From the IMG/VR virus record IMGVR_UViG_3300033076_001576, positions 1 to 48,433 of that record: DNA of 48,433 bases. The stretch is one strand, 5' to 3'. A model generated the notes under the pieces. The model had not been told where the DNA came from. It did not search any database and saw nothing but the letters and a program-made list of their open reading frames with translations. Position 1 is the first letter of the stretch, and each line of letters begins with the position of its first letter. This document shows positions 25,690 to 35,176 of the stretch, piece after piece. This DNA is from a virus (lineage: Duplodnaviria; Caudoviricetes). The translations under genes were made by a program, and so were the position numbers.

Positions 25690-26568
25690 TCAGCCTCCCA
25701 GGAAACCGGAGCCAAGCAGACCCAACGCCGACAGGCTTCCGTAGGTCGCGCCCATCTTGTTGGCGGCGCGTTGCTGCTGCTCCATGTACATCTGCTGGTA
25801 CAGGTCGGCAGACTTGCCAGCCACCACGGCGGCCATCATGGGGGAGCCTTGGTATCCGCCGGCTCGTGCCTGGCGCATGGCGCTTTCCATCATGTTGGCG
25901 TACATAGGGTGGGAGGTGACGTCGATTGAGCCGTTCACCTGGCGCTGCGCGGAGAGGGTGTTCATCAACCCATAAGCGCCCATGCCCATACGCCACATGT
26001 CCTTGGCGGTCATCGTGCTGTAGCGGCGCTTCATCCAGTTCTGGACGTTGTCCCAAAGGCCGCCTTGGGAGGCGCCGGGAGCCACTTCGCCGCCAAAGGC
26101 TCCGGGGTCGTAGCCGAGGGCCGTCGGGTCACCCATGTAGCCATCGTAGGCGCCGGTGTAGCCTGGGTCGTAGCCGGCCGCCGAGGGATCGCCGTAGTAC
26201 CCGCCAGCACCCATCGCCCCCATGTTGGAACTCATCCCATAGGCGCCACCGCTCTCGGCCGCACTTGCTTGGGCGGCGTACCCTTCCAGGCCACTCGCCG
26301 AGCTTGTCCCGCCACCAGCCCAGGAGGCGAGCGCCGGCAAACCAAACGCGGCGCCAACCGCGGTCCCTGCCGCCCGCCCAACCCGCCGCTTCTCTGGGTC
26401 CTGGCTTTCCCTAGTTCCGCCACCGATCACGTCGCCGACTCCCACACCGCTGCCGTAGGGATTCCAGGAGTAATCTCCGTTGAACCCGCCGTAGATTCCC
26501 CGGATAACCGCCTCGGGCGATCCGGGAAGCGCTGCCCCTGCGTTGAAGAGTTTCGAGAAAAAGTCCAT
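25690..26568 (-). CDS. Gly/Ala-rich pilot/ejection protein
   Basis: Low-complexity G/A/Y content, hydrophobic segments, duplicated GY.GDP.A.GYDPG. Confidence 0.68.
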   Translation of the reverse strand: MDFFSKLFNAGAALPGSPEAVIRGIYGGFNGDYSWNPYGSGVGVGDVIGGGTRESQDPEKRRVGRAAGTAVGAAFGLPALASWAGGGTSSASGLEGYAAQASAAESGGAYGMSSNMGAMGAGGYYGDPSAAGYDPGYTGAYDGYMGDPTALGYDPGAFGGEVAPGASQGGLWDNVQNWMKRRYSTMTAKDMWRMGMGAYGLMNTLSAQRQVNGSIDVTSHPMYANMMESAMRQARAGGYQGSPMMAAVVAGKSADLYQQMYMEQQQRAANKMGATYGSLSALGLLGSGFLGG

Positions 26569-26577
26569 TCGCTTCTC

Positions 26578-26937
26578 CTACGGAGGCGTAGCCCCCAGGT
26601 TTTCGGTGTGGAGTGATCCTGTCTCGTCGATCGTGATTCGCCAGTAATTCGGGGTTGCCCCCGTGTCGCGGAGGATGATTCCGTCGAGGTACTGGCGATT
26701 GAGGTAGTTGAACGCAGCCTCGGTCAGGTGAAAGTACTGATCCACCGCGTTGCCGCCTTGCAGGTTTGCGAGCTGGCCGTGGTCGATCTTCCCGTCGAGG
26801 GTGAATCCGGCGGAGGTAAGAATCTTCGCGACGTCGATGAACCAGCGAATCCAGGCGGGGCTGAACACTACCTGCTTGGTCGTCTTGTCCTCCTCGAGGG
26901 GAAGGGCGTAGGTCGGCGGTGTTGGGAAGTTTGCCAT
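26578..26937 (-). CDS. hypothetical tail-associated protein
   Basis: PAWIRWF...H..L.NLQGG....YFHLT; coupled to upstream gene. Confidence 0.7.
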   Translation of the reverse strand: MANFPTPPTYALPLEEDKTTKQVVFSPAWIRWFIDVAKILTSAGFTLDGKIDHGQLANLQGGNAVDQYFHLTEAAFNYLNRQYLDGIILRDTGATPNYWRITIDETGSLHTENLGATPP

Positions 26938-28328
26938 CAGCCCGCCCCCGCATCAAGAAAAGCCTCGACCCGTTGCAACCTCATTGGGGCGTTCGCCCTG
27001 TGCGTGATTCGGAAGGCGCGCTTCTTGAAGCTTCCCAAATCCGACGCGAAGGGATCGTCGATACTGAGGTCCACGTTGTGAGGATGCGTCTGCCAGGTTT
27101 GGTAGTCGTCGTCGCTGTACTCGAGAAGAAGTGTCGACGCCTCGGCTTGGTCGCCGGCAAAGTTGAGCTTCGCGAGCGTCTTGTACGCGCGGGTGCCGGA
27201 GTCGAAGTTCGGCGTCTGGATGATGACGGGAAACACCTCCCCCTCCGCGTCGGTGAAAGAGGTGATCTCGAGCTTGTACAGATCCCCGTTGTTTCGGTGC
27301 TGGAAGACGACCTTGTTTTGCGGGCTGATGGTGGAGAAGGTGTACGGAAGGTACGCCCCTGCCGAGTCGGTCCACTGGTACCAAAACTTCGTGGTGATGT
27401 CGTAGACGAGGGTGAGGTTCGAGTTCGCCACCGTGATGCCGTAGAAGCGGTGGCCATCGACCTTGGCGGCCCAGGAATAGACCTCCCCGGAGTAGTCGGC
27501 GGCCTGCAGCAGCCTTTCGACCGGCGGGGTGGAAACCGGCTGAGCTTTCATGCTCGAAACCAGGACAACCGTGATGCCCCCTTCACGGGTGCGACCTACC
27601 CACATCACGTCGCCGCCGATGTCGCAGACGGTCCGCCCATCGACCGTTCCGTAGTTGATCTTCGCGCCCGGAACGGGGCCGAGAGGAGATACTCCCGCCG
27701 GGTTGGCGGCGTCGTAGAACATCTCGGTGTAGTACTCCTTAATCACCAGGATGTACGACAGATGCTTGTGAAGCGCCTTCGGGTCGTCGGACTCCATCCT
27801 GGCGAGAACGTAGTTCGAAGCACCCCAGACCGTCGGGTCGTCGGCATTGGAGTTCCAAAGCTTGGAGTTTCCGTCGATTAGGCAGATGTAGCCGTTGAGG
27901 TACACGCAGTCGGGAATCCAGCTTGATCCGATCGTGGCGGTGATGTAGGAGGTGACATCCGTCAGGGTGTCGGTGAGGCTGATGGTATACGCGCTGGTGC
28001 CGTTGGTGAAGAACAGAACCGCCGAGGCGCCAACCGTAGAGACGAAGCTGTACGAGCCGGCGTCCTCCACCGAGCCGAGGGAGACACCGTCCTTATACAC
28101 CGTGCCGCCAGCGATGGTGAACAGGTGCTGCTTCCAGTTGAACACTCCGCGGGAGGTTGCCGCCGACGCCGAACTGAACGTGGCGAAGCCGGGCCGCTTG
28201 TAGACGAACGTTTCGTGCTCGTCGGCGCCAATCTCGACGAAGGCATTGACCAGCTTCGGATCGGCGGTGATCGACTCGTACCTCGCGCCGATCGGCGCGG
28301 CGAGCGGGAGGTTTACGGGGCGAGTCAT
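26937..28328 (-). CDS. tail nozzle/DNA stabilization protein (P22 gp10-like)
   Basis: KRPGF, beta-rich, VSTPPVE, DGHRFY, TLVYD....WYQW, YSDDDYQTW, LGSF..RAFRI. Confidence 0.8.
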   Translation of the reverse strand: MTRPVNLPLAAPIGARYESITADPKLVNAFVEIGADEHETFVYKRPGFATFSSASAATSRGVFNWKQHLFTIAGGTVYKDGVSLGSVEDAGSYSFVSTVGASAVLFFTNGTSAYTISLTDTLTDVTSYITATIGSSWIPDCVYLNGYICLIDGNSKLWNSNADDPTVWGASNYVLARMESDDPKALHKHLSYILVIKEYYTEMFYDAANPAGVSPLGPVPGAKINYGTVDGRTVCDIGGDVMWVGRTREGGITVVLVSSMKAQPVSTPPVERLLQAADYSGEVYSWAAKVDGHRFYGITVANSNLTLVYDITTKFWYQWTDSAGAYLPYTFSTISPQNKVVFQHRNNGDLYKLEITSFTDAEGEVFPVIIQTPNFDSGTRAYKTLAKLNFAGDQAEASTLLLEYSDDDYQTWQTHPHNVDLSIDDPFASDLGSFKKRAFRITHRANAPMRLQRVEAFLDAGAG

Positions 28329-29023
28329 CGAAAGCGGCTCGGCGGCGTTGCTTGCGTTTCGGGCTGGAAGTACGTGGGGACATCCTCCACGTCCCAGCCG
28401 TCGAGCGCTTGCTTGGCGATGTCACGGTTCGCCTGAGCGCGGATGATCACGCTGTCAGGCATGCCGGTTGCCAGATCGGCAGCGAGAGCCCATCGCAGGT
28501 AGATGACCCACTCGGGCGGAAACCCGGTCGCCTCGGAGATGGTCGCGGGGTTGGTGGTCTGGGCGTGGAGGACCAGCAACACCGTACCAGCCGCGGCAGT
28601 TGCGTCGGGCGAATTCCAAAAGTGAACGACCATCTCGGTCGCGAGCTTCTCGACAAAGAAGCTGTTGATCGAGCCGGTCTGTGAACGGTTTGCCAGTCGG
28701 GTCCACTCTTCCCGCGACAGGGGGATCAGCGGGCGAAGGTTGCCGGCGGAACTCTTGTAGGAGGCCTGCTTGACTCGCAGCGGGCGGGTGCGATCAACGT
28801 CGCCGGAGGGGGCGAACGAGTAGGACTGCTGGCTGGCGACCAGATCCAACTCGTACTCCTCCTCGAGCCACAGGCGGAGACCTTGTGTCTGTTCCAGGTT
28901 GATGATGTCGTTGAGGCGGTCGAGACCGTCGAGATACTGCGCGGGCGTAGGAACACCGCCGCGAGGGATTTTCGAGGCGTCGACGTAAGCCTTTTCGATC
29001 ACATACTTGGCGGTGTTTGCCAT
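28325..29023 (-). CDS. head-tail adaptor (P22 gp4/tail tubular A-like)
   Basis: DGLDRLNDII, FPPEW..YLRWALA.DLA; directly upstream of the gp10-like gene. Confidence 0.75.
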   Translation of the reverse strand: MANTAKYVIEKAYVDASKIPRGGVPTPAQYLDGLDRLNDIINLEQTQGLRLWLEEEYELDLVASQQSYSFAPSGDVDRTRPLRVKQASYKSSAGNLRPLIPLSREEWTRLANRSQTGSINSFFVEKLATEMVVHFWNSPDATAAAGTVLLVLHAQTTNPATISEATGFPPEWVIYLRWALAADLATGMPDSVIIRAQANRDIAKQALDGWDVEDVPTYFQPETQATPPSRFR

Positions 29024-29024
29024 G

Positions 29025-29216
29025 TCAGTTTTTCATCCCTTTGGTTTGGAAGTACGCGTAGCTGAAAGCCGCGATTGCCGCCGAGACAATTCCCCAAAAC
29101 GTCCAGCGGCCGAACGCGGAGAACTGCTTGTCCAGCCACGCGTCAATCGCTTCACGGATGATCTTGCGGAACTCCTCGCGCTGCTTCTCATCGCTGAGGT
29201 CAACAGGCATTTTCAT
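29025..29216 (-). CDS. small membrane protein (holin-like candidate)
   Basis: 63 aa, one TM segment WTFWGIVSAAIAAFSYAYF; TGATG coupling. Confidence 0.6.
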   Translation of the reverse strand: MKMPVDLSDEKQREEFRKIIREAIDAWLDKQFSAFGRWTFWGIVSAAIAAFSYAYFQTKGMKN

Positions 29217-29626
29217 CACCTGTACATCTTCACGAGGTCCAGGGCGATGGTGAAGCTCGCCGTGGTGCCGGAGGGGTAGCCGGCTGTCCTCAGGTTGATG
29301 GTGCCGTCGTACCCCGAACGGCTGGTATCCGGAAGCGTACCGCCTGAGCTGCGCCCCTTCAACTTCCCCCGCCCGGACAGAGCGAAGATCAGCTGAGGGG
29401 TGGCTCCGTTCCACTCCAGTGAAACCACCATCGGATTCGAGATGGAGTAAGTGACGCAATCGACGCGGAACCCGAAAAGCCGAACGTTCTGCTCATTCGT
29501 GAGGAAGTCACTGAACTGAACGGCTGGAACGAGAACGAGGTTTCCGCTGTCGAGAACGCCACTGATTTTCACCGAAGCGTTGCGGTAGCCGTCAAGGGTC
29601 ACCTGCTTGTCATAGGTGTTTGCCAT
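29216..29626 (-). CDS. hypothetical virion protein
   Basis: AAGGAG RBS, beta-rich, 136 aa. Confidence 0.72.
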   Translation of the reverse strand: MANTYDKQVTLDGYRNASVKISGVLDSGNLVLVPAVQFSDFLTNEQNVRLFGFRVDCVTYSISNPMVVSLEWNGATPQLIFALSGRGKLKGRSSGGTLPDTSRSGYDGTINLRTAGYPSGTTASFTIALDLVKMYR

Positions 29627-29638
29627 GACGGCTGCTCC

Positions 29639-30367
29639 TTACTGACCCATCGGCCGTTCGGCGTAGATGAAGTCGAACTCCCAGGCGGGGGCACCGGCAC
29701 AGCTCGCGCCCCACATCTCGAGGGTGAAGTTCCAGCCCGGCGCCAACGCGAAGGGGAAGCACGGGATGTTGATGTTCTTCGCGGCCGAGGCGGTCAGGAT
29801 GCTGGAAGGCATCGTCATGTCGCCGAAAGTGAAGATCCACACGTCCTTCACCACGGGGATGGTGGACTGGATCTGACCGCTGCCGAGCACCCGTTGCTGC
29901 GCGCCGGGGAGACCGGTGACCACGGCGCCGAAGTACGCCAGCGCCTGGGACGTGCGGGCCGAGCCGGTGTTGAGGTTGATCGCGTTCATCCTCGTGCCGC
30001 CGGACGTGTACCGCGAGGTGTTGTCTGCGCGGATCGCGTAGTTCCAGACCGTCGCCAAGGTGGGCGCGGCGGTGACCGTCATCTTCAGCGCGATCGGGTA
30101 GATCGTGGAAGCGTTGGCGTCACCCGAGGAGGCGTTGTTCGCCAGGTACATCACCGGGACGTTCTGCGCGTGGGTGGCGCTGGCCGTCGCGGCGTCGTCC
30201 ACCACGGAGGTCGTGGTCGCGATGCCGGTGCCGGCAGCCTTGCCGCTCGCAGCGTCCGTCGAGGACATGAGGAAGAGCGAGCCCTCGTCCACGAGGGTGT
30301 GCAGGGAGGGCCACAGCGTCGCGCTCTTGGAGGCGCCGAGGGAAGGGAAGTTGGTGTTTGCAGGCAT
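29639..30367 (-). CDS. hypothetical structural protein
   Basis: Ala/Thr-rich, strong codon bias, GGAG RBS. Confidence 0.75.
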   Translation of the reverse strand: MPANTNFPSLGASKSATLWPSLHTLVDEGSLFLMSSTDAASGKAAGTGIATTTSVVDDAATASATHAQNVPVMYLANNASSGDANASTIYPIALKMTVTAAPTLATVWNYAIRADNTSRYTSGGTRMNAINLNTGSARTSQALAYFGAVVTGLPGAQQRVLGSGQIQSTIPVVKDVWIFTFGDMTMPSSILTASAAKNINIPCFPFALAPGWNFTLEMWGASCAGAPAWEFDFIYAERPMGQ

Positions 30368-30394
30368 GATGAAGATCTCCAGAAACGAGGTTGA

Positions 30395-31597
30395 TCAGGC
30401 GTCGGCCGCCGGAACGAGGTAGCCTTGCTTGTCGGCGGCACCGGTGTAGTAGTTCTCCCAGAACACGAAGCCCGAGGAGGCGGTGACCAGCAGCTCAGAG
30501 GTCGCGTCCAGCGACGTGGTGAGGTTGCGGGCGATAACGCCGCTGTTCGTGGAGCCGTCCGTCGTGATCAGGATGCCGGTGGTTGCGCCGGCAGCGCCGA
30601 CCAAGTTGAACACATTGTCCACGATGGTGGCGTTGGTCAGCACCTTGCCGGTTGCAATCGCGATCGGAGCGCCGGTGTCGGTCGTGCTCTGCTTGTGGGA
30701 GTTGTTCGCCACCACGATGCGATCGTGGGTACCCAGGGCGTCGATCAGCTTCGTCACGCCGGAGGCGTTCTTCAGAATGACCGTGTTGCCGAAGAGGGTC
30801 AGCCCGTCGTTGGCGTTGGAGGTGGTGGACAGCTTGACCACGATCAGGGCGTTGAGAATCGCCGAGGTGTCGAGGATCTCGCAGCCACGCAGGGAGAACC
30901 CGCGGGCAACCGAGGTGACCGTACCGCTGGCCACCGTCTGGGAGATGTTGACGGTGTAGACGCCAGCGCCGCCGGTCGTGCCGGAGGTTTGCGAGATGAT
31001 CTTCGTGCCAGCGATGAAGCCGGAAGTGGAACTCGCGAGCGTGAGCCCGGGATAGAGGGTCCCCGAGCCGACGGCGGAAACCGTCATCGTCTGGCCGCTG
31101 ATCGAGGCCGTGACGGAGGCTCCACCGAGGGTGAACATGGCGGCGATGTTCAGGAAGTTGTTGACGAACCGGACGTTCTGGAACGTGAAGTTCGACGCCA
31201 GCACACTCACCGTGGCGGTGTTGGCCGTGTCGAAAGTGAACGTCGGGCGGTTGTCGCCGGCGCCCAAGCCGATCACGGAGACGCCGGAAAGCTTGAGGAC
31301 GAGAGCCGTCGCACTGAAGATGGACTCGTAGTGCCCGGGTTTGACCATCAGGATGTCGTTCCAGACGGTCGGAGCCGGCGAGGTCATCATGGACAGGGCG
31401 CCCGCCAGGCTGGCGAACGGCCGGGCAAAGGTGCCACGGTTGTTGTCGCTGCCATTGACGGAGTCCAGCCAGAAGACGCGGCCGGGGTACGAGTTGAGGA
31501 CTGGCATGCCCTGGACCGTGAGGCCTTGAGCGAAGCCGCCTGGGAAGTTCGACATTGCGTCGAACGAAGGGGAAGAACCGAGACTCATTGCAATCAC
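30395..31597 (-). CDS. structural fibre/decoration protein (beta-helix-like)
   Basis: VFWLDSVNGSDNN.GT...PFASL..A, G/T/S-rich; follows MCP; AAGGAG RBS. Confidence 0.72.
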   Translation of the reverse strand: MIAMSLGSSPSFDAMSNFPGGFAQGLTVQGMPVLNSYPGRVFWLDSVNGSDNNRGTFARPFASLAGALSMMTSPAPTVWNDILMVKPGHYESIFSATALVLKLSGVSVIGLGAGDNRPTFTFDTANTATVSVLASNFTFQNVRFVNNFLNIAAMFTLGGASVTASISGQTMTVSAVGSGTLYPGLTLASSTSGFIAGTKIISQTSGTTGGAGVYTVNISQTVASGTVTSVARGFSLRGCEILDTSAILNALIVVKLSTTSNANDGLTLFGNTVILKNASGVTKLIDALGTHDRIVVANNSHKQSTTDTGAPIAIATGKVLTNATIVDNVFNLVGAAGATTGILITTDGSTNSGVIARNLTTSLDATSELLVTASSGFVFWENYYTGAADKQGYLVPAADA

Positions 31598-31632
31598 TCC
31601 TTGGATTGACCGCCCCGAAGGGAACGTGAGTA

Positions 31633-31662
31633 GCCGGGTACAATCGGGGAATTATACCCGGC
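31633..31662 (-). promoter_or_regulatory. 30-bp palindromic element, copy 4
   Basis: Minus strand GCCGGGTATAAT-TCCCCG-ATTGTACCCGGC, between MCP and the next gene. Confidence 0.8.
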
Positions 31663-31676
31663 CACGAACCGACTGC

Positions 31677-32597
31677 TTACGGTCCGTTGCTGCCGTACAG
31701 GCCGCGCGGGTCAGTGCAGCCGACCGAGAAGCGCATGTAGCTGGCCGCCTTGGCGTTCTTGGTGTCGAAGTCGTTGTCCTGATCGAACTCCGGCTTGTCG
31801 CGCCAGAACATCGTCATCCCGTTGGGCACGTTGGTCCTGACGAACCAGGCGTGCGGCGCCGTGAAGTAGTGGTTGATCCTCGCGCCGCCGGGAAGGGCAT
31901 TGGTCGCCTTGATGACGTTGATGTCATTGTTGGCGGTGCCAGGCTGCAGGACCGACTTCAGGATGCGGTTGGCGTTGAACCACTCCGAACGATGGATGTG
32001 CAGCGACTGCGGCATGATGTTGATCAGCAGGCCACGGTCGTTCTGCGCACCCATGATCTGGATGCACATGTCCTCGATCGCCGCCTCGGACAGGTCGGCG
32101 CCGGGGGTCAGCACGTTGGAGAAGGTGCCGCCGGTCGCGTTCAGGTGGGCGCTGTTCAGCAGGCTGACGCTGTCCCAGGTCGTGAAGTACGTGCTGGAGA
32201 ACGCGTTGTTGTACAGGAAGGCGCACACGTTCTCGATGGTTTGGCGCATCGAGAAGGCATTCGCCGCCGCACGCCGCTCGCCGACCTGCTTGTACAGGTT
32301 GTCGCGGATCTCCTCCTTCGACACGATGTAGCCGAGCGCGTAGGCGATGTGCACGTAGGTCGTGATGCCGCCTTGCTGCTCGCTGTCGAAGGTGATGCTC
32401 TGCGCTTCCGGCTTGACCGGAGCCAGGCCAAAGCCGGTGAGACCCACGTCCTGTTCGTAGGCTTGGCCCGAGTCCTTGACCTCGAAGAGGTCCGTGTACT
32501 CGGTCTCGTGCTCGTTGTAGGTCTGACCCCACGTCGCGTGGACGCCGGGCCAGAGCAGTTTCGGGTGAGCACTGGTGGTGATGATACCGCCGGGCAT
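31677..32597 (-). CDS. major capsid protein
   Basis: KLLWPG, TGFGLAPVKPE, YALGYIVSKEEIRDNLY, DFDTKNAK, DPRGLYGS.G; position after scaffold; highly biased codons. Confidence 0.9.
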   Translation of the reverse strand: MPGGIITTSAHPKLLWPGVHATWGQTYNEHETEYTDLFEVKDSGQAYEQDVGLTGFGLAPVKPEAQSITFDSEQQGGITTYVHIAYALGYIVSKEEIRDNLYKQVGERRAAANAFSMRQTIENVCAFLYNNAFSSTYFTTWDSVSLLNSAHLNATGGTFSNVLTPGADLSEAAIEDMCIQIMGAQNDRGLLINIMPQSLHIHRSEWFNANRILKSVLQPGTANNDINVIKATNALPGGARINHYFTAPHAWFVRTNVPNGMTMFWRDKPEFDQDNDFDTKNAKAASYMRFSVGCTDPRGLYGSNGP

Positions 32598-32609
32598 GGT
32601 CGTCTCTCC

Positions 32610-33218
32610 TTACACGCCGGCCACGCCAGCATTGAAGGCGTGGTTGTTGATGAAAACGACCCACTTGGCGTAGGCCCCGAGGGCATTGTCCGGCGCCTGC
32701 CACAGGCGCATCAGCTTCAGCTGCCGCGTCGCGCCAGTGTTCGCGGTGGTCGAGTCGATCTTCCAGCCGCTGAAGAAGCCGTTGTTGGTGCCCGAAACCA
32801 GGTCGATGTTGCTCCCCAGGGACGCGACGGTCAGGGCCGCAGCGTCGGTGGTGGCGCTTTCCTGCATCAGGAACTCGATGTTCGGGTCGTCCGCGACTTG
32901 GACGAAGTAGCCCTTCGTCTTGGTGGCGGGGATGACCATCGTGTCCAGGGACGCCGGATCGGCCATCACACCGCCGTAGACGGTGCCACGGGTGCCGACG
33001 ATGCAGCCGATCAGTGCGTTGCCTGCGCCGGCGGTCGCCAGCGTGACGTCAGGGACACCAGCGGACGAGCCGCTGCCGGCCAGCATGACAGGGTCGCCCA
33101 CAGCGTAGGCGTTCGTGTCTGACGACTGAATGTAGTAAGTGGTGGCCTTGCCGTTCCACGGGCTACCGTCACGGTAGCCGATCGGCTTCATCCCCCAGGG
33201 GCGGTTGGCATTTGCCAT
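32610..33218 (-). CDS. capsid-associated (decoration/cement) protein
   Basis: MANANRPWGMKP...GDPV...VADDPNIEF..Q; directly upstream of MCP. Confidence 0.72.
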   Translation of the reverse strand: MANANRPWGMKPIGYRDGSPWNGKATTYYIQSSDTNAYAVGDPVMLAGSGSSAGVPDVTLATAGAGNALIGCIVGTRGTVYGGVMADPASLDTMVIPATKTKGYFVQVADDPNIEFLMQESATTDAAALTVASLGSNIDLVSGTNNGFFSGWKIDSTTANTGATRQLKLMRLWQAPDNALGAYAKWVVFINNHAFNAGVAGV

Positions 33219-33250
33219 TTCCGAATCCTTTGAAAGTTGAGAAGTTGGGA

Positions 33251-33772
33251 TTAGCCCTTCTTCTTCGGCCAGAACAGATCTTGGCCCGCCTTCATGTACC
33301 GGCGGCTGCGATCCGCATCCGTTTCTTCCGGCGCACCAGCGCGGGTGACGTTCTGACCGCCGCGAAGGGCGGCTGCGACTCTCTCATTGACGGCCTCGAG
33401 GGCCGCGATGTCTTTGTTGCGGAACTCCTGACGCAGCTTCATCGCGTACAGGCGTTCTGGCTCGGCCGTTCCCTCGACGAGGCCGCCAGCGAAAATGCTG
33501 ACTCGCGACCCCATGTCGGTGCTGCCGCTCGTCTCGCGATCATTCGCGATGCCCTTCTGGACGACGTCGGCATCTTCTTCAGTGAGGAATTCGTAGCCGG
33601 CGCGAAGGGCGCGCGGGACGTTCCTCCCGAGGAACCAGTGGGTGTGGTACCCCGGAATGGGTGGGAGTTCGAGCCGCAGCTGCGGCACGGACATGGGGAC
33701 GCGGGTAGCTTCCGTGACCCGCTTCGGCGCAGGGTTGGCCGGGTTGACACTTGCTTGAGGGGGGTTTGCCAT
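33251..33772 (-). CDS. hypothetical head-module protein
   Basis: IPGYHTHWF...ALRAGYEF...LYAMKL. Confidence 0.72.
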   Translation of the reverse strand: MANPPQASVNPANPAPKRVTEATRVPMSVPQLRLELPPIPGYHTHWFLGRNVPRALRAGYEFLTEEDADVVQKGIANDRETSGSTDMGSRVSIFAGGLVEGTAEPERLYAMKLRQEFRNKDIAALEAVNERVAAALRGGQNVTRAGAPEETDADRSRRYMKAGQDLFWPKKKG

Positions 33773-33775
33773 GAA

Positions 33776-34624
33776 TCACTCCTGGAAGTACTGGGCAACG
33801 AAGTGAGCGCGCCAGGCCTCCTTCGTCTTGAACATCTTTCTCTCGCCGACGAAGCGCTTTTCCTCTGCATCGCACATGGCCTTCGCGTCCGCCGGCAGGG
33901 CGTTGTAGCCCTTCGATGAACCGGCACCGCCGCCACCGGAAGGACCACCACCTTCGACCTTCGAGGCCGCCGGCTCCTTCCTCAGGCGCGGCGCCATCTT
34001 CGCGTCGATGTGGTCGTAGAAGTCCTGGTTCTTCAGCCCCTTCTTCATGGCTTCCTGGGCGTACTTGTAGGCGATGGCGGTCAGCGCCACGTCCTCGTCG
34101 TCTTCGCCCTCGAACCAGGGATTGGCCGCCTTCCATGCAACGAACTCGGGAGGAGGTTCGTTCGTGGCCGCCGCCTTCTTCTTCGGCTCGGGTTCTTTTT
34201 CGAGTGCCTTGGTTTGCTCGCGGTTGTTCTGGAGCTGCTCGTCAATCTCGTCCAGCACGGCGTCGTCACCCTCGTCGCGAGCGGCTTTCCGCTCGGCGAG
34301 AAGTTGCTTCCGCTGGTCCGCCAGACGGTCCTTCAGCATCTCGCGTTGAGACTTGACGAACTCCTGCATGTTGGAGTTGATCTCGCTGAGTTCGCTCTTC
34401 AGCTCCTGGTTCGCCCGAGAGAGGTTGGAGACTTCCTCCTCCAGCCGCCGGTTCGTGGCCTTCAGCAGAGGGAGCATCGTCTTGCCGCGCTCCAGATAGG
34501 TGGCAGCGTCAACCCAGTGGGCGGGATCGCCGCGCCACTTTTCCTTGGGGGACCAGCCGAGCTTCGAAGCCTCGGCGCGTTGTTCCTCGGTGGAGGTGTC
34601 GTCCACGGTGTCGATGTCGTTCAT
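33776..34624 (-). CDS. capsid scaffolding protein
   Basis: GWSPKEKWRGDP..WVDA, coiled coil, W...NPWF; between portal and MCP. Confidence 0.75.
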   Translation of the reverse strand: MNDIDTVDDTSTEEQRAEASKLGWSPKEKWRGDPAHWVDAATYLERGKTMLPLLKATNRRLEEEVSNLSRANQELKSELSEINSNMQEFVKSQREMLKDRLADQRKQLLAERKAARDEGDDAVLDEIDEQLQNNREQTKALEKEPEPKKKAAATNEPPPEFVAWKAANPWFEGEDDEDVALTAIAYKYAQEAMKKGLKNQDFYDHIDAKMAPRLRKEPAASKVEGGGPSGGGGAGSSKGYNALPADAKAMCDAEEKRFVGERKMFKTKEAWRAHFVAQYFQE

Positions 34625-34923
34625 TGAGAGACTCCCGCGAAAATGTCGCTGTCGTTGACGAAGCGATAGAACTTGCCGTCCGTCGGGCTCTTGGCAACGT
34701 GGCCGGCGTAGCGCGCGACCAGCACCTTGTCACCCGGCTTCGCCCGAGGGCGAGACTCGTTCTTCCAGGCTTCCGGGCCGATGGAGACCACGACAGCTTG
34801 GAAATCGATCGACATGTTCCTGTTTGCCACTTCCTCGGGAATCTCGATGATGGAGGAGAGCTTCTCCTGCACCGGCCTGAGAAGGACTGCCCGACCGAGG
34901 GGCTCCAGTCCGCATTCATTCAT
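34621..34923 (-). CDS. GroES/Cpn10-like co-chaperonin
   Basis: LEPLGRAVLL, VVSIGPEAW, KPGDKVLVARYAG, YRFVNDSDI. Confidence 0.85.
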   Translation of the reverse strand: MNECGLEPLGRAVLLRPVQEKLSSIIEIPEEVANRNMSIDFQAVVVSIGPEAWKNESRPRAKPGDKVLVARYAGHVAKSPTDGKFYRFVNDSDIFAGVSQ

Positions 34924-35176
34924 TTGCTTCTTGCTCCATTTCTACCAGGTCATTTTCATCGAAGTCAAGCAGTGCGGAGAGGACCTGGCACTCCCGAACT
35001 GCCGCCGCCTGCAAACAGGCATGCTGAAACTCACTCTGTCCCTGGGTCATTCCCAGGGCCCATTGCTCCTTCAGGGATTCCCGACGCGAGCGGAGGAACT
35101 TTCTGAAGGATTTCGTCACTGGGTGGAGGCGCCACTCCGCCACCATCTCCTGTGTCGCTTGAAGATCCTGACTCAT
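34916..35176 (-). CDS. hypothetical protein
   Basis: EWRLHPVTK; overlaps the portal C-terminus; start uncertain (35176 or 35188). Confidence 0.6.
   Translation of the reverse strand: MSQDLQATQEMVAEWRLHPVTKSFRKFLRSRRESLKEQWALGMTQGQSEFQHACLQAAAVRECQVLSALLDFDENDLVEMEQEANE

Noticed and set aside
26100-26205. Repeat element in the pilot protein gene
   Set aside because: Only a two-copy peptide duplication (GY.GDP.A.GYDPG) in a low-complexity protein; ordinary.
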